Origin: Azolla caroliniana
Lineage: Eukaryota > Plantae > Polypodiophyta
Direction of reading: 5' to 3'
NCBI GenBank assembly: GCA_043228905.1
Contig: JBHGNT010000002.1
Location: 3,224,001 to 3,288,000, forward strand
Length of the DNA stretch: 64,000 nucleotides
A model generated the notes under the pieces. It saw only the letters and a list, made by a program, of their open reading frames with translations. It ran no database searches and was not told the origin of the DNA. Within the stretch, counting starts at the first letter, position 1, and each line of letters opens with the position of its first letter. Position numbers and translations under genes: made by a program. Shown in pieces: positions 1 through 12,720 of this stretch.

Positions 1-1783
1 TAAATACTTGCTAAAATACCTAGAATTCGTAGAATATTTCTAAATGGCAATTCTCAATTCTAAGACGTAGAATGCGTGTAGAATACTTTAGAGTATTCTT
101 AAACGTATTCCAAACATAAAATATGTGTTTTTTTAATGGCTGTCATTTCAGGCCTATCGCCATGGCACATTTGTTCTAACCACAAGTTGACATCTTTTTC
201 AATGACTCTTAAGCTTGAATAAGACATTGTTATAAAACCCCGAACTATGAACCTTCAACTCTAAACCATTATTATATGATAAATAATAACGTCGCATACA
301 ACTACAAGACGACAATACCTATGACAAAAGTCAACAAGTTTGGAGTTCCATTACATTTGAATACCTAGTAGGACTAACTTATTATGTTCATTGTATATCA
401 TTTATTGGGCAAATAGAATAATTCAAACTATAAATTTGAATTGAATACAATTATAATATCTCTGTAAACATTTTGTGAACATTAATGGAAGAATAGTTTT
501 TTTTTTGTCATGCAACCTCGCAAAGAGTATTTGCAATATTTTATCATTTTGCTTACATATGATAGAGCCCTATTTATTCCATTAAATCAATGTTCAAAAA
601 TAAATATGTAGAAATTCTTTCAATTTGAACCTTGACGTTTGCATTATGAGTAGTGGTTAATTCTTTTGTGATAGTTATATGGACATAATCCTAAACTTCA
701 TGATGAATTGACACTTGTATAGATTTTCAAGCATTGTCTTATTTTTCCCTTAGTTTAATTGAAGTTGTTTCTTGGCTTACACTCGCATTCACAATCACAT
801 GATTTATTGTGAGAGATAGTATCACCCCCACATGTGTAACCTTTTGTATATTGATGAGTATTAGAAGAAAGCCAAGGTGGATAAAGTAGAGTTGCTATGC
901 CTATAAGCTCATTGAATCAAGTGGTTGTAGTCTAAAGTACAAAGGAAAGGACTTTGGTTAGTAATTATTCATAGCAATGGTTACAAATTATAAAGATGGT
1001 GGATGTAACACAATAAAAATGGATTCTTCCAACCGAAGTGCACAGAACAACTTTATAGAGATGTATTCCCAAAACAAAATCAAACCATGAATCAATGTTC
1101 TACACCAACATCAAGTATATATGGTAAAGTAAACATAGAAAAGTACTCAAATCAAATAGATACTCCAATTATATTTACTAAAAACAAGTTGTAATTCCAA
1201 CCAGGCGAGATTCACAATGGTGATAGTCCCAACATGATTTCACAGTGTATTTGGATATCTAGATTGAGAATTGAAAAACTCTTGTACAAGTTGGTTGGCA
1301 AGTCATTTGAACCAATCATAGGAGATGCAAAATTGGGGGGGGTCAAGAGGGTGGTTAAAGTCCATAGTCATGATTCATTTTGGGGCTCATTGACATAAAT
1401 AAATAAATAAATAAAAGATCAATGCAAGTCTTTGATTAATAATGTAACAACAATTGGAATTAAACGCAACCTTAAAATTGAAGATCTAAAATGGGTGTGG
1501 GTTATATGTACGAGCTGATCTCTCTTTACCAAACCATGGTGTACATGATGAACCAACAAGGGGACATACGAGGATAGTACAGAAAACAATGGATGTGATG
1601 TAGTTGTTCAAGCATCTGATTGGGGGGTTACTGATTGCTTTAAATCATGGGGTGATGACGGATCGAAGGTCCTTGAGTTGCCGATGGTCAAGGCTAGAGT
1701 TTGTACGACGGGGACTCTCGAGTCGTGACACATAAGGTCATCGAAAAAACTTGTGGCGCGTGGGTGGCAATCCAAAAGTTTTT

Positions 1784-1824
<41 letters not shown>

Positions 1825-2143
1825 GTGCAGCACAACTTGGGAGGCGAATGTCAATAAAAGGATCTAAAGAAAGTCAATGGGTTAGATTTATTAGGGGAAA
1901 AAAAAGAATAGAGTGGTAGGTGCTAGGGAAAGAGAGAGACGCGTGAAGGAAGGCACACACTAAAAGTCAACCAAAGGGATATTAAGTGTATGTGGAAAAG
2001 GGGTTGTGTTATGTAGTTGTGAAGAAGAAGAAGAAGAAGAAGAAGGAGAAGGAGAAGGAGAAGGAGAAGGAGAAGGAGAAGGAGAAGAGAGGGTGTGTGT
2101 GTGTGTGTTATTGCACAAATTTGGGTGATCAACAAAATATATA

Positions 2144-3058
2144 ATGGTGAGACCAAATTATCACAATTCGTCAGACGATGAAGACTCCCCGAAACGCCAG
2201 CCTCAATTCAGCACCACCACCAATTTCGGGGCGCCCCCCGTGCGTGTCGGTGGGGGGGGCATGTCTAGCGCCTTCGAGACCATGAACATGGCCGCCCCAC
2301 CCGTCCGTGTGGCTGGTAACGCTCCGAATTATGAGACTGTGAACCTCGGACCAGGGCCCGTCCGCGTGGCCAGTAGCGCTCCGAATTATGAGACCGTGAA
2401 CCTCGGGCCAGGGCCTGTCCGCGTGGACGGTTCCGCCTTCGAGACGGTCAACTTCGATGCAGTTCCCGTTCGTGTGGCCGACAAACCCAATGATGCCAAC
2501 TTTGGCCATAATGCCAATGCCTTTAATAACATTCATTCGAGTGAGACCCCCATGGTGTCCCCGTATAATCCGATCCAACCCACCTCGACACCCCAACCTA
2601 TGCCATATGCCCTTGTCATCGCCAATGTGATCCTCCGCATTCTCGGCTTTGTCTTCCTCCTCGTCGCTACCGGTTTGATCGTCTCCAACTCCAACTTCAA
2701 AGCTAGCACAACCACCAAGTAACTTACCTTGTTTTCTCGTGCATCCACAAATATGCAATCAAATTTAGGCACAAATGAGGTCTGCACACATGTGATGGCT
2801 GTTGCAATATTTGAGTTATATGAGCATCTATATATAATTATGTTTTTCTATGTGCACATGGTCGCATTTGTGGAAGCAGTTCCAAGACATTCGGTGCACA
2901 TATTTAGATTAATTATGGTCCATGTCCACAAAGTCGATCGGGCTTTTTAATTTAGATTTAACCACCAATATGAAATTTAATCAAAGGTTTTGTGTGCTTC
3001 ATGTAGATATTTACTTGCTCATTCATTTATGTATGTGTGTGTGTGTGTGTGTGTGTAC

Positions 3059-3089
<31 letters not shown>

Positions 3090-3697
3090 TGTATCTTTTT
3101 ATCTTTCAAGAGAGGCCAATTCTGATCTATGAGACGGGACCTTGCCTATGGCAAGCATCAAACTCTTATCGCAACAATGTATAACTCTTGTTCGTTTGTG
3201 AAATCTTAGGTATCTTGTAGGAGCATTGATATTGGGCATAGTATATGAACTTTACCAAACCATCTCCGCAATAGTGCGCATCATAATAGGAACGCAAATG
3301 CTACCGGGATCGATTTCACTTTACGTTTCCTACATTTTGGATCAAGTAAGTTTGTAGCATCATAAATGTAACGACTCACTTGGACATGTCATTTAAAAAT
3401 CTCTAAGGACTGAATCTAGAATTTTGGAAACTAGTTAAAATATGCTTTAACTAACTTTGGTTTGATTTGTCATTAAAAAACCTTGAACAGATTTTCATAG
3501 TGTTGTTGTTGACTGCTGGAGCTGCATCTGCTGCCTATCTCAAAGACTTGAATGCTCTCGGACTATGCGAGGGTTCAGAGCTAAAGAAATTTTGTAATCA
3601 AACCATTGCATCTACGAGCATGGCATTTCTATCTTTCTTGCTCCTTGGGGCAAACTCTATTATCTCATCCTTTTGTTTCTTTACAAACAAGATCTAA
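2144..3697 (+). CDS. CASP-like (CASPL/DUF588, MARVEL-type 4-TM) protein, copy 1, with repetitive N-terminal extension; 3 exons: 2144-2718, 3210-3345, 3491-3697
   Basis: GT-AG junctions (accaa|gtaact, ttag|gtat, gatcaa|gtaag, aacag|att) keep the frame. The product has the CASPL pattern: ILRILGFVFLLVATGLI, KYLVGALILGIVYELYQ, SYILDQIFIVLLLTAGAASAA, C...KFCNQTIASTSMAFLSF. Confidence 0.88.
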
Positions 3698-3949
3698 GAA
3701 AAGTATTCTATTCTTATAATTGAATCATTCAATTCCAGCCCATTCACATTGGTTACTACTATGTCAGGAGTCACAAAAAGCCATGGAAAAAAATCCCAAG
3801 TTTTTGAAATAAACCATCATCATGTAAAAACCATTTATATATTTTATTTTTTTGTTCAAATTCAAGAAGTAGCCATGCTTTGTATAATACAAACCTAAAC
3901 ATTAACATGTCTTGACCACCAATCTATTGTTGTCAAAAGCAGACTTGCT

Positions 3950-5290
3950 TTATGCTGATTTCTCTATACTCAGCTAAGGAAAATGTCGATTTCTGCGAAA
4001 TGGACATCATATGAATGGATAAACTGTACAACGTCTCATTTTGCACCTCAATTTGGAGGAAAACAATGAAGCAAAACACAATTTTAGATAGTTATGGATG
4101 GCATCCATAATGTTGTTATCGTAGTTTATACAACCCTTCCAAGATGTTGCCAATTCCGACAAGTGTATTGTAGACATGTAAATCCCATTGATAGGAAGTA
4201 GTTAGAATACCTCGATTGTCAGTTGATGCAAGTTGGATGGATGCAATCTTGTATAAAAGCTTATGTAAAGAGACTCTTTAGCCAAATTAGCCTCCTGGAC
4301 ATGATATGCTAATTTTGAGTTCATCCTCATGCCAGCATTCAGTGTCATCGATGCCTTTAACTATCATACATGATGACCAATATAAATTCCTAGAATATAC
4401 ATTTACTAGCTCATTGTGGTGTATGTGGATTCCTAATCTTCTTGCAGACTGGAATCATGATCACAATGTTCATCAATGGTAATGGAGATAGATAAGAAAC
4501 CATTGTTCATGAATGATATATGGAGATAGCTAAGAAACGTAGAGATATATCATTATTGTTTTCTATGTTATTTGTTGATGTTTCCTTGCTAAGTAAAGCA
4601 CTTTAAGCAGTTGATGTTTTCTTCGCCATTGTATAAGATACACCTCCCCCTCACTCGAGTTCAATGATCAATCCAGTTCCTCACTAATGAAGTTCACAAT
4701 AAGACTAGTGACCATCGGGGAATGCTAACTAATGAGATGTCGTATGTGCAATAAAGTTAATCAATGCACCACCAAATAATGAAATCCATAGTTTGTTGCT
4801 TGAAAATGAAAGTCTACTTCAATGACCTTTGTGTGAAAATTTAGCAACTTGGGTATTCCAGCAAGTATTCATCATTCCAAATCATGGTACAATCCTAAAT
4901 ATATATATTTGGGGTGTTGAAGATGGTTTCACGATGGTATATACTAATGATCATCAGACCAGATGCGTACATTAAGCAAAACCGTTTTAGAGTTTGAATT
5001 TAAGTTGGAAATAAGTAATAAGATGTCAATAGAAAGCATCATCAGAGTCTACACCTCATGGCATCATCTATGAAAGTGACAAATTATGTTGCCTCAACCT
5101 ATTCAATAGGTAGACATCACTCCACACATATTAGAATGTACAACGATGAGTGAATCCATATTGGATCTTGCTTTTAAAACTAGATCTTGCATTTGATTTT
5201 GTCCAATTAGCCTATTGACATCAAGCTCTTTGTTAGTTTTGTCACGTGAACACACACTGAGTACTACTCTTGTTTCTGAGATCATGGTTT
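3950..5290 (-). pseudogene. Possible highly decayed PPR-gene remnant
   Basis: Scattered minus-strand fragments (ELVNVYSR, CIHPTCI, GGALINF, VLKARSNMDSL) resemble PLS-class PPR motifs. Many stops and frameshifts. Confidence 0.25.
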
Positions 5291-5990
5291 TCATCAAAGT
5301 TGAAGAATACTTAGCATACAATACATGTCAAATATGTGTGCTAAATATTCTAAAAGTATTCTACCTTTTTTTCATACTTAGAAACAAGTCCATAGTCTTG
5401 ATTCATTTCGAGGCTAATCCACATAAATAAATACAAGATCAATGCACAATTCTTGAATCTAAACACAAACGGTGGCAACCTTGAAAGCAAAATATCTTAA
5501 ATAGGTGTGGGTCATATGTGCAAGTCGAGACGGCACATTCCAAAGGATGTGATCTAGTTGTTCAAGCACATGATTGGTGATTAATTGAAGGTCCTTGCGT
5601 TGCCGATGGTAAAGGCTAGAGGTTGTACCACGATGACTCTCGAGTCTTGACACGTTAAGGTCATCAAACAACTTGTGGAGTGTGGGTGGCATCCCAAAGC
5701 TTTTGATGTGTGTGTGTGTGTAAGCACAACTTGGGAATGGGTTGGGTTGGGGATGTCAATAAAAGGATCCAAAGAAAGTCAATGGCTTAAATATATGAGG
5801 AAAAAAAATAGTTCATGACAGAGTGGTGAGGAATAAAAAAAGTACATAACAGACTGGTGGAAGGTACACATTTAAAGTCAACCAAAGGGATAAGTGTATG
5901 TGAAAATGGGGATGTTTATGTAGTAGTGAACAAGAAGAAGAAGAAGAAGAAGAAGAAGAAGAAGACGAAGAGAGGTCAACAAAATATGTA

Positions 5991-7398
5991 ATGGCAAGAC
6001 CAAACTATCACAATTCGTCGTCCCACAATGAAGAGCAGGCTCAATTCAACACAATGAAGAACATGGCGGCACCGAATTACGAGACCATGAATCTCGGGCC
6101 GACACTGATGCATGCGAACGGTCCTGCCTTCGAGACGATCAACTTCGATGCAATACCAGTTCGTGTGGTCAACAAGCCCAATGATGCCAACTTTGGCCCC
6201 AATACCAATGCCTTTAACAACATTCATTCGAGTGAGACCACCATGGTGACCCCGTATAATCCGATCAAACCCACCTCGACTCCCCAACCTATGCCACATG
6301 CCCTTGTCGTCACCAATGTCGTCCTCCGCCCTCTCGGCTTGTTCTTCCTTCTCATCGCTACTAGCTCAATCATCTCCAACTCGAAATTCAAATACAGCAC
6401 AACAACCAAGTAACTTACCTTGTTTTCTCATGCATCCACAAATATGAAATCAAATTTAAGCACAAATGGTGTGTGCACACATGTGATGGATGTTGGAATA
6501 TTTGAGTTATATGAGCATCTATATATTATGTTTTTCTATGTGCACATGGTCGCATTTGTGGAAATAGTTCCAAGACTTTCGGTGCACATATTTAGATTAA
6601 TTATGGTCCATGTCCACAAAGTCGGTAGGGCTTTTTAATTTAGATTTAACTACCAATATGAAATTTAATCAAAGGTTTTGTGTGCTTCATGTAGATATTT
6701 ACTTGCTCATTCACGTATGTATGTATGTATGTATGTATGTATGCATTACTGTGTGTGTGTCTTGTATGGATCTTTTTATCTTCCAAGAGAGACCGATTCC
6801 AACATATGAGATGGGACCTACCCCATGGCAAGGATCAAACTCTTATTGCAACGATGTATAACTCTTGTTCGTTGGTAAAACCTTAGGTATCTTGTAGGAG
6901 CATTAATATTGGGCATAATATATGAAGTTTACCAAACCATCTCGGCAATAGTGCGCATCGTAACAGGAAGACAAATGCTACCGGGATTGGTTTCTCTTTA
7001 CATTTCCTACATTTTGGATCACGTAAGTTTGTGGAATCATAAAATTATGTAATTTCTCACTTGGACATGTCCTTTTAAGAAGGAGAAGAAAAACAAAATC
7101 TCTAAGGACTTCCAAAATTTTGAAAACTAGTTTTAAAATGTGCTTTAACTAACTTCAATGCGTTGATTTGTCATTAAAAAACATTGAGTAGATTTTCATA
7201 GTGTTGTTGTTGACTGCTGGAGCTGCATCTACTGCCTATCTCAAATCCTTGAATGATCGCTCACAATGCGAGCGTCAAGCGGTAACGAAATTTTGTTATC
7301 AAACCATTGCATCTACGAGCTTGGCATTTCTATCTTTCTTGCTCCTTGGGGCAAACTCTATTATCTCATCCTTTTGTTTCTTTACAAACAAGACCTAA
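5991..7398 (+). CDS. CASP-like protein, tandem copy 2; 3 exons: 5991-6409, 6887-7022, 7192-7398
   Basis: Same exon structure and phases as copy 1, open frame through all exons, shorter N-terminal repeat region, and DQ changed to DH at the end of exon 2. Confidence 0.86.
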
Positions 7399-8469
7399 GA
7401 AAAGTCTTCAATTCTTATAATTGAATCATTCAATTCTAGCCCTTTCACATTGGTTATTAGTATGTCAAAAGTGACAAAACGAAAAAGAAAAAAATCCAAA
7501 GTTTTTGAAATAAACCATCATCATGTAAAAGCCATTTATATCTATTTTTTGTCAGATTCAAGAAGTAGCCATGCTTGTATAATACAAACTTAAACATTAA
7601 CATGTCTTGACTACGAGTCTATTGTTGTCAAAAGCAAACTTGCTTTATGTTGATTTCTCTATACTTGCTAAGGAAAATGTCAGTTTATGCGAAATGGACA
7701 TCATATGATTGAATAAACTTCATAACGCCTCATTTTGTACCTAAAGGTGGAGGGAAACAATGAAGCAAACATAATTTTAGATAGTTATGGATGGGCATCC
7801 ATAATGTTGTTGTCTTAGTTTATGCAGAACTCTTCCAAGACGCATTGATAGGAAGTAGTTAGGAAAACTCTCGAGTAGTCGAGACTCGGAATACAAGGAT
7901 TGCCGGTTGATGCAAGTTGGATGGATGCAATCTTATATAAAAGCTCATCAAGTGACTATGTAGGCAAATCAACCTCCTACACATGATATGCTTATTTTGA
8001 GTACATCCTCATGTCATTCAATCTCACCAATGCCTCTAACCATCTTTGGTACATGATGAACAATATAAATTCCTAGAATATACACTTACAAGCTCATTGC
8101 GGTGTATGTGGGTTCCTGATCTTCTTGCAAACTAGAATGATCACAATGTTGATCAATGCTAATATTGATATATGGACATAGCTGAGAATCCTAGAGATAT
8201 ATCATTATTGTTTTCTATGTTACTGTTGATCTTTCCTTGCTAATTAGAGCACTATAAGTGGTTGATGTTTTCTTCACCAACCTTTACCATTGTATAAGAT
8301 ACACCTCCCCCTATTATACTATAGAAGAGTTCAATCCACTATTTGTGTTGTTTATCATAAGCAATTGACATCAGATTAATTTTGCTTCATAATTCATGCA
8401 ACATAGTTAGTCCTCGTAGCATTTCTAAGAAGTGGCATCATTAGATGCTAGGTTTTAGCATTTGCTAGC

Positions 8470-8882
8470 AATGGGCACGGTTCGGTTCAGTTTCAAGGCA
8501 AAGAAACCAAACCAAACTGAACTATTTAATAAAAAATTTAAACCAAACCATTTAAACCCAAATCATTTAGGGAAAAGTTGAAACCAAACTGAACCAGTTA
8601 ATAAAAAAATTAAACATAACCATTTAAATCAAACTAATTAAACATCTAAATAAACAAAATACATTAAATTATAGAAGCATTTAAGTTAAATTTATTAAAT
8701 CAATAAAAAACCATTATTTAAACCATTAAATTAACAAATTATTAAGGTAAAAAAAAAAGTTAACCAAAAACCTATAAACCTTTAAACCAAACCTATACAC
8801 CCGAGTTTTAAAACCAAACCAAACTGTTTATCGAAAATCCAAACCATTAAATTTTTTTGGAACCAATAAACCACTAAACCAA
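8470..8882. repeat. AT-rich AAACC/AAACCA-rich element, probably a non-autonomous DNA transposon remnant
   Basis: Dense aaacc(a) motifs beginning with ggttcggttcagttt. No TSD identified. Confidence 0.4.
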
Positions 8883-9189
8883 TGTTGGGAGATCAATTTG
8901 AAGAAAGCGATGTCTCTAGCAGTTACCAATGGTTTCTTCCTGCTGATGTTTCATATACCAAAATTTCAACATCTTGACCTAAGCCTTTTCTTCGATGGCA
9001 TCAAAGTTTTCAAGGTATTGGTGCGGTGATGAGATTTGTCATATGAAAACCTTTCTTTCTTGGAAACAAAATTTGTGCAAAACGTTATTAGAGTGATGAT
9101 CAATTTGAAGCAAGAGCTCAAAGACTCTTGCAATCAACAAGATTTCTTTTTAACTACAGACATTTCATACACACGGATTCTTCAAAAAC

Positions 9190-9597
9190 CTTTAGCTGTC
9201 CTTCAGATTTGATTGTCCTATGAGCTTTCTCATAAACAAGATCTGGCCATCTTTAGCTGTCCTTCAGATTTGATTGTCCTATGAGCTTTCTCATAAACAA
9301 GATCTGGCCATCTTTGGCTGTTCTTCAGATTTGACTATTCTATGAGCTTTCTCATAAACAAGATCTGGCCATCTTTAGCTGTCCTTCAGATTTGACTATC
9401 CTATGAGCTTTCATAAACAAGATCTGGCCATATTTAGCTGTCCGTTAGATCTGATTGTCCTATGAACTTTTCATAAACAAGCTGAGCTGTGGCCAGATCG
9501 GCGAGGGCGCACCTGACCCGACTTAAGCACAGTGATATCAGTCGAGTTACTTCTACCTGATTTGATTGGGCTTTTCATAAACAAGATCCGGCCATCT
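9190..9597 (-). repeat. Tandem ~61-bp repeats derived from the last codons and stop codon of the SARD4-like gene
   Basis: Unit ctttagctgtccttcagatttgattgtcctatgagctttctcataaacaagatctggccat occurs at about 9190, 9251, 9312 and 9373, followed by a longer copy (about 9432-9560). All match CDS 9598-9720. Confidence 0.9.
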
Positions 9598-10599
9598 TTA
9601 GCTGTCCTTCAGATCTGATTGTCCTATGAGCTTTTCATAAACAAGCTGAGCTGTGGCCAGATCGGCGAGGGCACACCCGACCGACTTAAACACTGTGATA
9701 TCAGTCAAGTTACTTCTACCTGGCCTCTCTCCAGAGAGGAGCTGGGAGAGATTACCTTTAACAAACCTGCTCAGACCAACTAGCTCTCCAGCTTCAATGG
9801 CAGCTGCCTCCGTGTCCACAAATACAACATTGTCACAGATGGCGTCCTTATCAGCTTCACACATGTCACGACGAAACGATCCAACCAGGTCCAGGTGCGA
9901 ACCTGGACCTAACCATGCTCCGCGAATCAACGCTTCATGAGACATGGTAGCACAGCAGATGAGGTCGGCGGATCGACATGCTTCCTCCAGCGCGGTGCAA
10001 GCTGAAATGGTGATGTCTCGGTTTTCCATCTCGGCCTGTAGAGTTTCCGCCATGGCTGAGGCTCTGCTGTGGGTGCGATTCCATATAAGGATCCTACAGA
10101 TGGAGGGCCGAACGGAGCAATGAGCTCTTACAAGGAACGGTGCCATCGCTCCAGCTCCGACCATGAGGAAGGTCTTGGGATCAGGTCGGGAGAGACGGTC
10201 GGCCGCAATCGCCGAAACAGCGGCAGTTCTCCACAGCGTGAGGCTTCCTCCGTCGAGAAATGCAACAGGCCGGCCCGAAACGGCGGAGGAGAGCAGGTAG
10301 GAGGCCGAAACGCCGCCGCCGCAGGAAGCATCATCGGAGGGAGCGTCGGAGCTGCGCGGGAAGACGGAGACGATCTTGACGCCCATGAAAGGGAAAGCGT
10401 GAGGGTTAGGGTTTGCAGGCCAGGCAGGCATGAGGAGGAGCGTGGCATCATGGGAAGGGGAGGGGAGGGAGTGGCGGTGACGGATCGGGGAGACGAAGGA
10501 GGCGGCGTTTGCGAAGGCGAATCGGAGATGGTGGAGGAGGGGAGGCCATGAGAGAGCAGAGGAGATCTGGGAGGCGTCGATCGCCATCGCCATCGCCAT
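9598..10599 (-). CDS. SARD4: Ornithine cyclodeaminase/mu-crystallin family protein, SARD4-like (pipecolate pathway reductase), intronless, 333 aa
   Basis: Motifs LLLMPAW, MGVKIVSVFP, DGGSLTLWRTAAVS, MVGAGAMA (Rossmann), IWNRT, DLICCAT, HLDLVGSF, VFVDTEAAAIEAGEL, DITVFKSVG match plant SARD4. First ATG is at 10599. Confidence 0.9.
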   Translation of the reverse strand: MAMAMAIDASQISSALSWPPLLHHLRFAFANAASFVSPIRHRHSLPSPSHDATLLLMPAWPANPNPHAFPFMGVKIVSVFPRSSDAPSDDASCGGGVSASYLLSSAVSGRPVAFLDGGSLTLWRTAAVSAIAADRLSRPDPKTFLMVGAGAMAPFLVRAHCSVRPSICRILIWNRTHSRASAMAETLQAEMENRDITISACTALEEACRSADLICCATMSHEALIRGAWLGPGSHLDLVGSFRRDMCEADKDAICDNVVFVDTEAAAIEAGELVGLSRFVKGNLSQLLSGERPGRSNLTDITVFKSVGCALADLATAQLVYEKLIGQSDLKDS

Positions 10600-11398
10600 A
10601 GCTCGGCGGGCAGAAACCCTAAAACGCAGGGATGCAGGTTTCACACGGAGACGGCCAAAGAAAGGGTGTCCAGAAGAGCCCAAGAAAAAAGTTTCGACCC
10701 AAAAGAAGACGCCCAAAACCAACTTAAATATGAAGGGCTTAGGCTCTATCGGCTATCGTGTAAACTGATCTTCATCTGATAGATCGATGCCTGATTCCCT
10801 CTCTCTCTCTCTCTCTCTCGCGTCCATCTATCGGCCAAACGCTTCTCGAGTGCCATGAAAAGCGCTTCACACGGATTCTCTTTTCGTGTACACTTATCTG
10901 ATCGATCGATGCCTCGATAACTGTAACCTTTAAATTTTGCGTTGAAAACGTAATAAAACAAGATAGCACTTGACTGTGACGTTAATTTTGAGATATTGAA
11001 TAAAAGCTCGAGATAACGTATTAACAGTGCCTTAAGTAATTGCTTACAACAGAGGATTTCCAAATCGTTACAAAAGTTTAAGAGAGAAAGAAAGAAGAAA
11101 ACAAAAATTCACTCCTTTGTTTTTGGATCAACCAACAATCTCGTTGGTCGTGATTTTGAAAAACACAACATGATAGAGAAACTAGCTAGTTTATGACTCG
11201 TTAAAATTAGCTTTAGAATCGGTCCTTAAGGTTATGCCTATGACATAATCCAACATCAATCGTTTTAAATTCATTGGTCTAGAACTTAGCACAATTAATA
11301 ACAGAGTCATGACTTACCCAAAACCCACAAGTTGGTTGGTGATGACCCCACTAGCCAAAGGGTCAAGTAACATTCATCAGCCATTTGAAGAGCATCTA

Positions 11399-11560
11399 TC
11401 TATATGCAAATGTTGGAAAAGCTTAGGTAGACTTAGAAAAGAAACATTTTGCTAACCCTAGGGGAAAAAACAATGACACTCTATATGCAAGTGTTGGAAA
11501 AGGTGAGGTAAACTAAGAATAGAAACATTTTGCTAACCCTTGGGAAAAAACAATGACACC
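11399..11560. repeat. Two tandem copies of an ~81-bp unit
   Basis: tctatatgcaa-tgttggaaaag...tgctaaccct-gggaaaaaacaatgacac appears twice. Confidence 0.75.
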
Positions 11561-12486
11561 ACACCACTCCCTAGACATCAAGAGAACGCAAATACACATA
11601 ATACAAATCCCCAAACATTGTAGTGTTATGGTAAGATTTGTGCTCACTTGTCGTAATGTTGGTGCAATGACAACAAGTCCCACATCATTGTTTCCTCAAC
11701 ATCCAAGGTAAACTTCCCACATAAGCAAGATGTATTCAAAATACTCGGGACAAGGAGACACACACAAATCACATTGAAAAGTTTCTAACACATCCTTAAA
11801 GCCTATGAACCTATTACAACTAATGACTTTCATGCTAACCCTAAATGGCCAAGCGGGATGATCGTTCCGCACACTCTCCAAAGAAATCTTCCATGACTTT
11901 ACCTCAATAAAAGAATATTTCTTAAATAAATGACTCGAGGATGAACTATATGGAACCTTGTCGATCTATTATTCTCACTTCAACAAGATGCAATAGAGAC
12001 TATAATAGACTATATCTTATGAAGAAGTGTCATGAATAAGAGAATATAGTTCTATGCAACAAAATAGACTAAGTAAAGATATATATGTACTATGGTGAGT
12101 GTATGTATGTGAGAGGAGAGAGAAATAGAGAGATAGGTAAACCATCATGAACCAAAGAGCATAAACTACACTAACCAAGATGGGGAAGATTGGATGAAAC
12201 TTCCATCAATGCTAGGGTCGAAGCCAATTATCAGGAGTGGGTGAGGAATTGTCTAGACTAATTTTTGTTGATTAATACAGGATATGTGTGGACATTGGAA
12301 CCATGTTAATCAGTGAGATGGCTGATGTCGATTAAATGAAGAAATATTTGTTGTGTTAAGGATGAGTGAAGATGGTGGGGAGGGTTGAAGCCAATTATCA
12401 GGAGTGGGTGAGGAAACTTTTGGACTGATTTTGTTCTTAACACAATATTACCAAAAAGATATAATCCCAATTCAAAACCAGGTTCA

Positions 12487-12720
12487 ATCTTGCATTGGAA
12501 AAAGGCAGAGAAAGGTATATAAAGTCTAAGAATATGGACAGGTTGAAGAGAAACTAGGTTTTTTGGCAATGTTTAAGCCGATGTTTACAAGTCCAAGAGT
12601 TTGGACAGGTTATGAATCTTGCATTGGAAAAAGGCAGAGAAAGATATATAAATATTGAGAAGATCGGCAGGCTGAAGAGAAACCAGGTTTTTTGGCAATG
12701 TTTAAGCCGATGTTTACAGA
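12487..12720. repeat. Imperfect ~129-bp tandem duplication
   Basis: aatcttgcattggaaaaaggcagagaaag...ggcaatgtttaagccgatgtttaca at about 12487 and about 12616. Confidence 0.7.

Larger units (their letters stand above)
1355..8311 (+). repeat. Tandem segmental duplication (about 1355-4650 vs about 5385-8311) carrying the two CASPL genes and flanks
   Basis: Aligned by eye from gtccatagtc-tgattcattt (1360/5388) to gtataagatacacctccccc (4631/8292). Introns and downstream DNA are clearly homologous with many substitutions and indels. Confidence 0.88.

Noticed and set aside
2729-3184. ORFs in CASPL introns, mirrored at 6420-6861
   Set aside because: Intronic and microsatellite-driven; their apparent conservation reflects the recent duplication.
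8885-9000. SYQWFLPADV resemblance to a fungal/bacterial DUF family
   Set aside because: A single short motif with no supporting ORF.
10600-10722. 41-aa N-terminal extension of the SARD4 ORF in the track
   Set aside because: It begins at a non-ATG codon; homology starts near the ATG at 10599.
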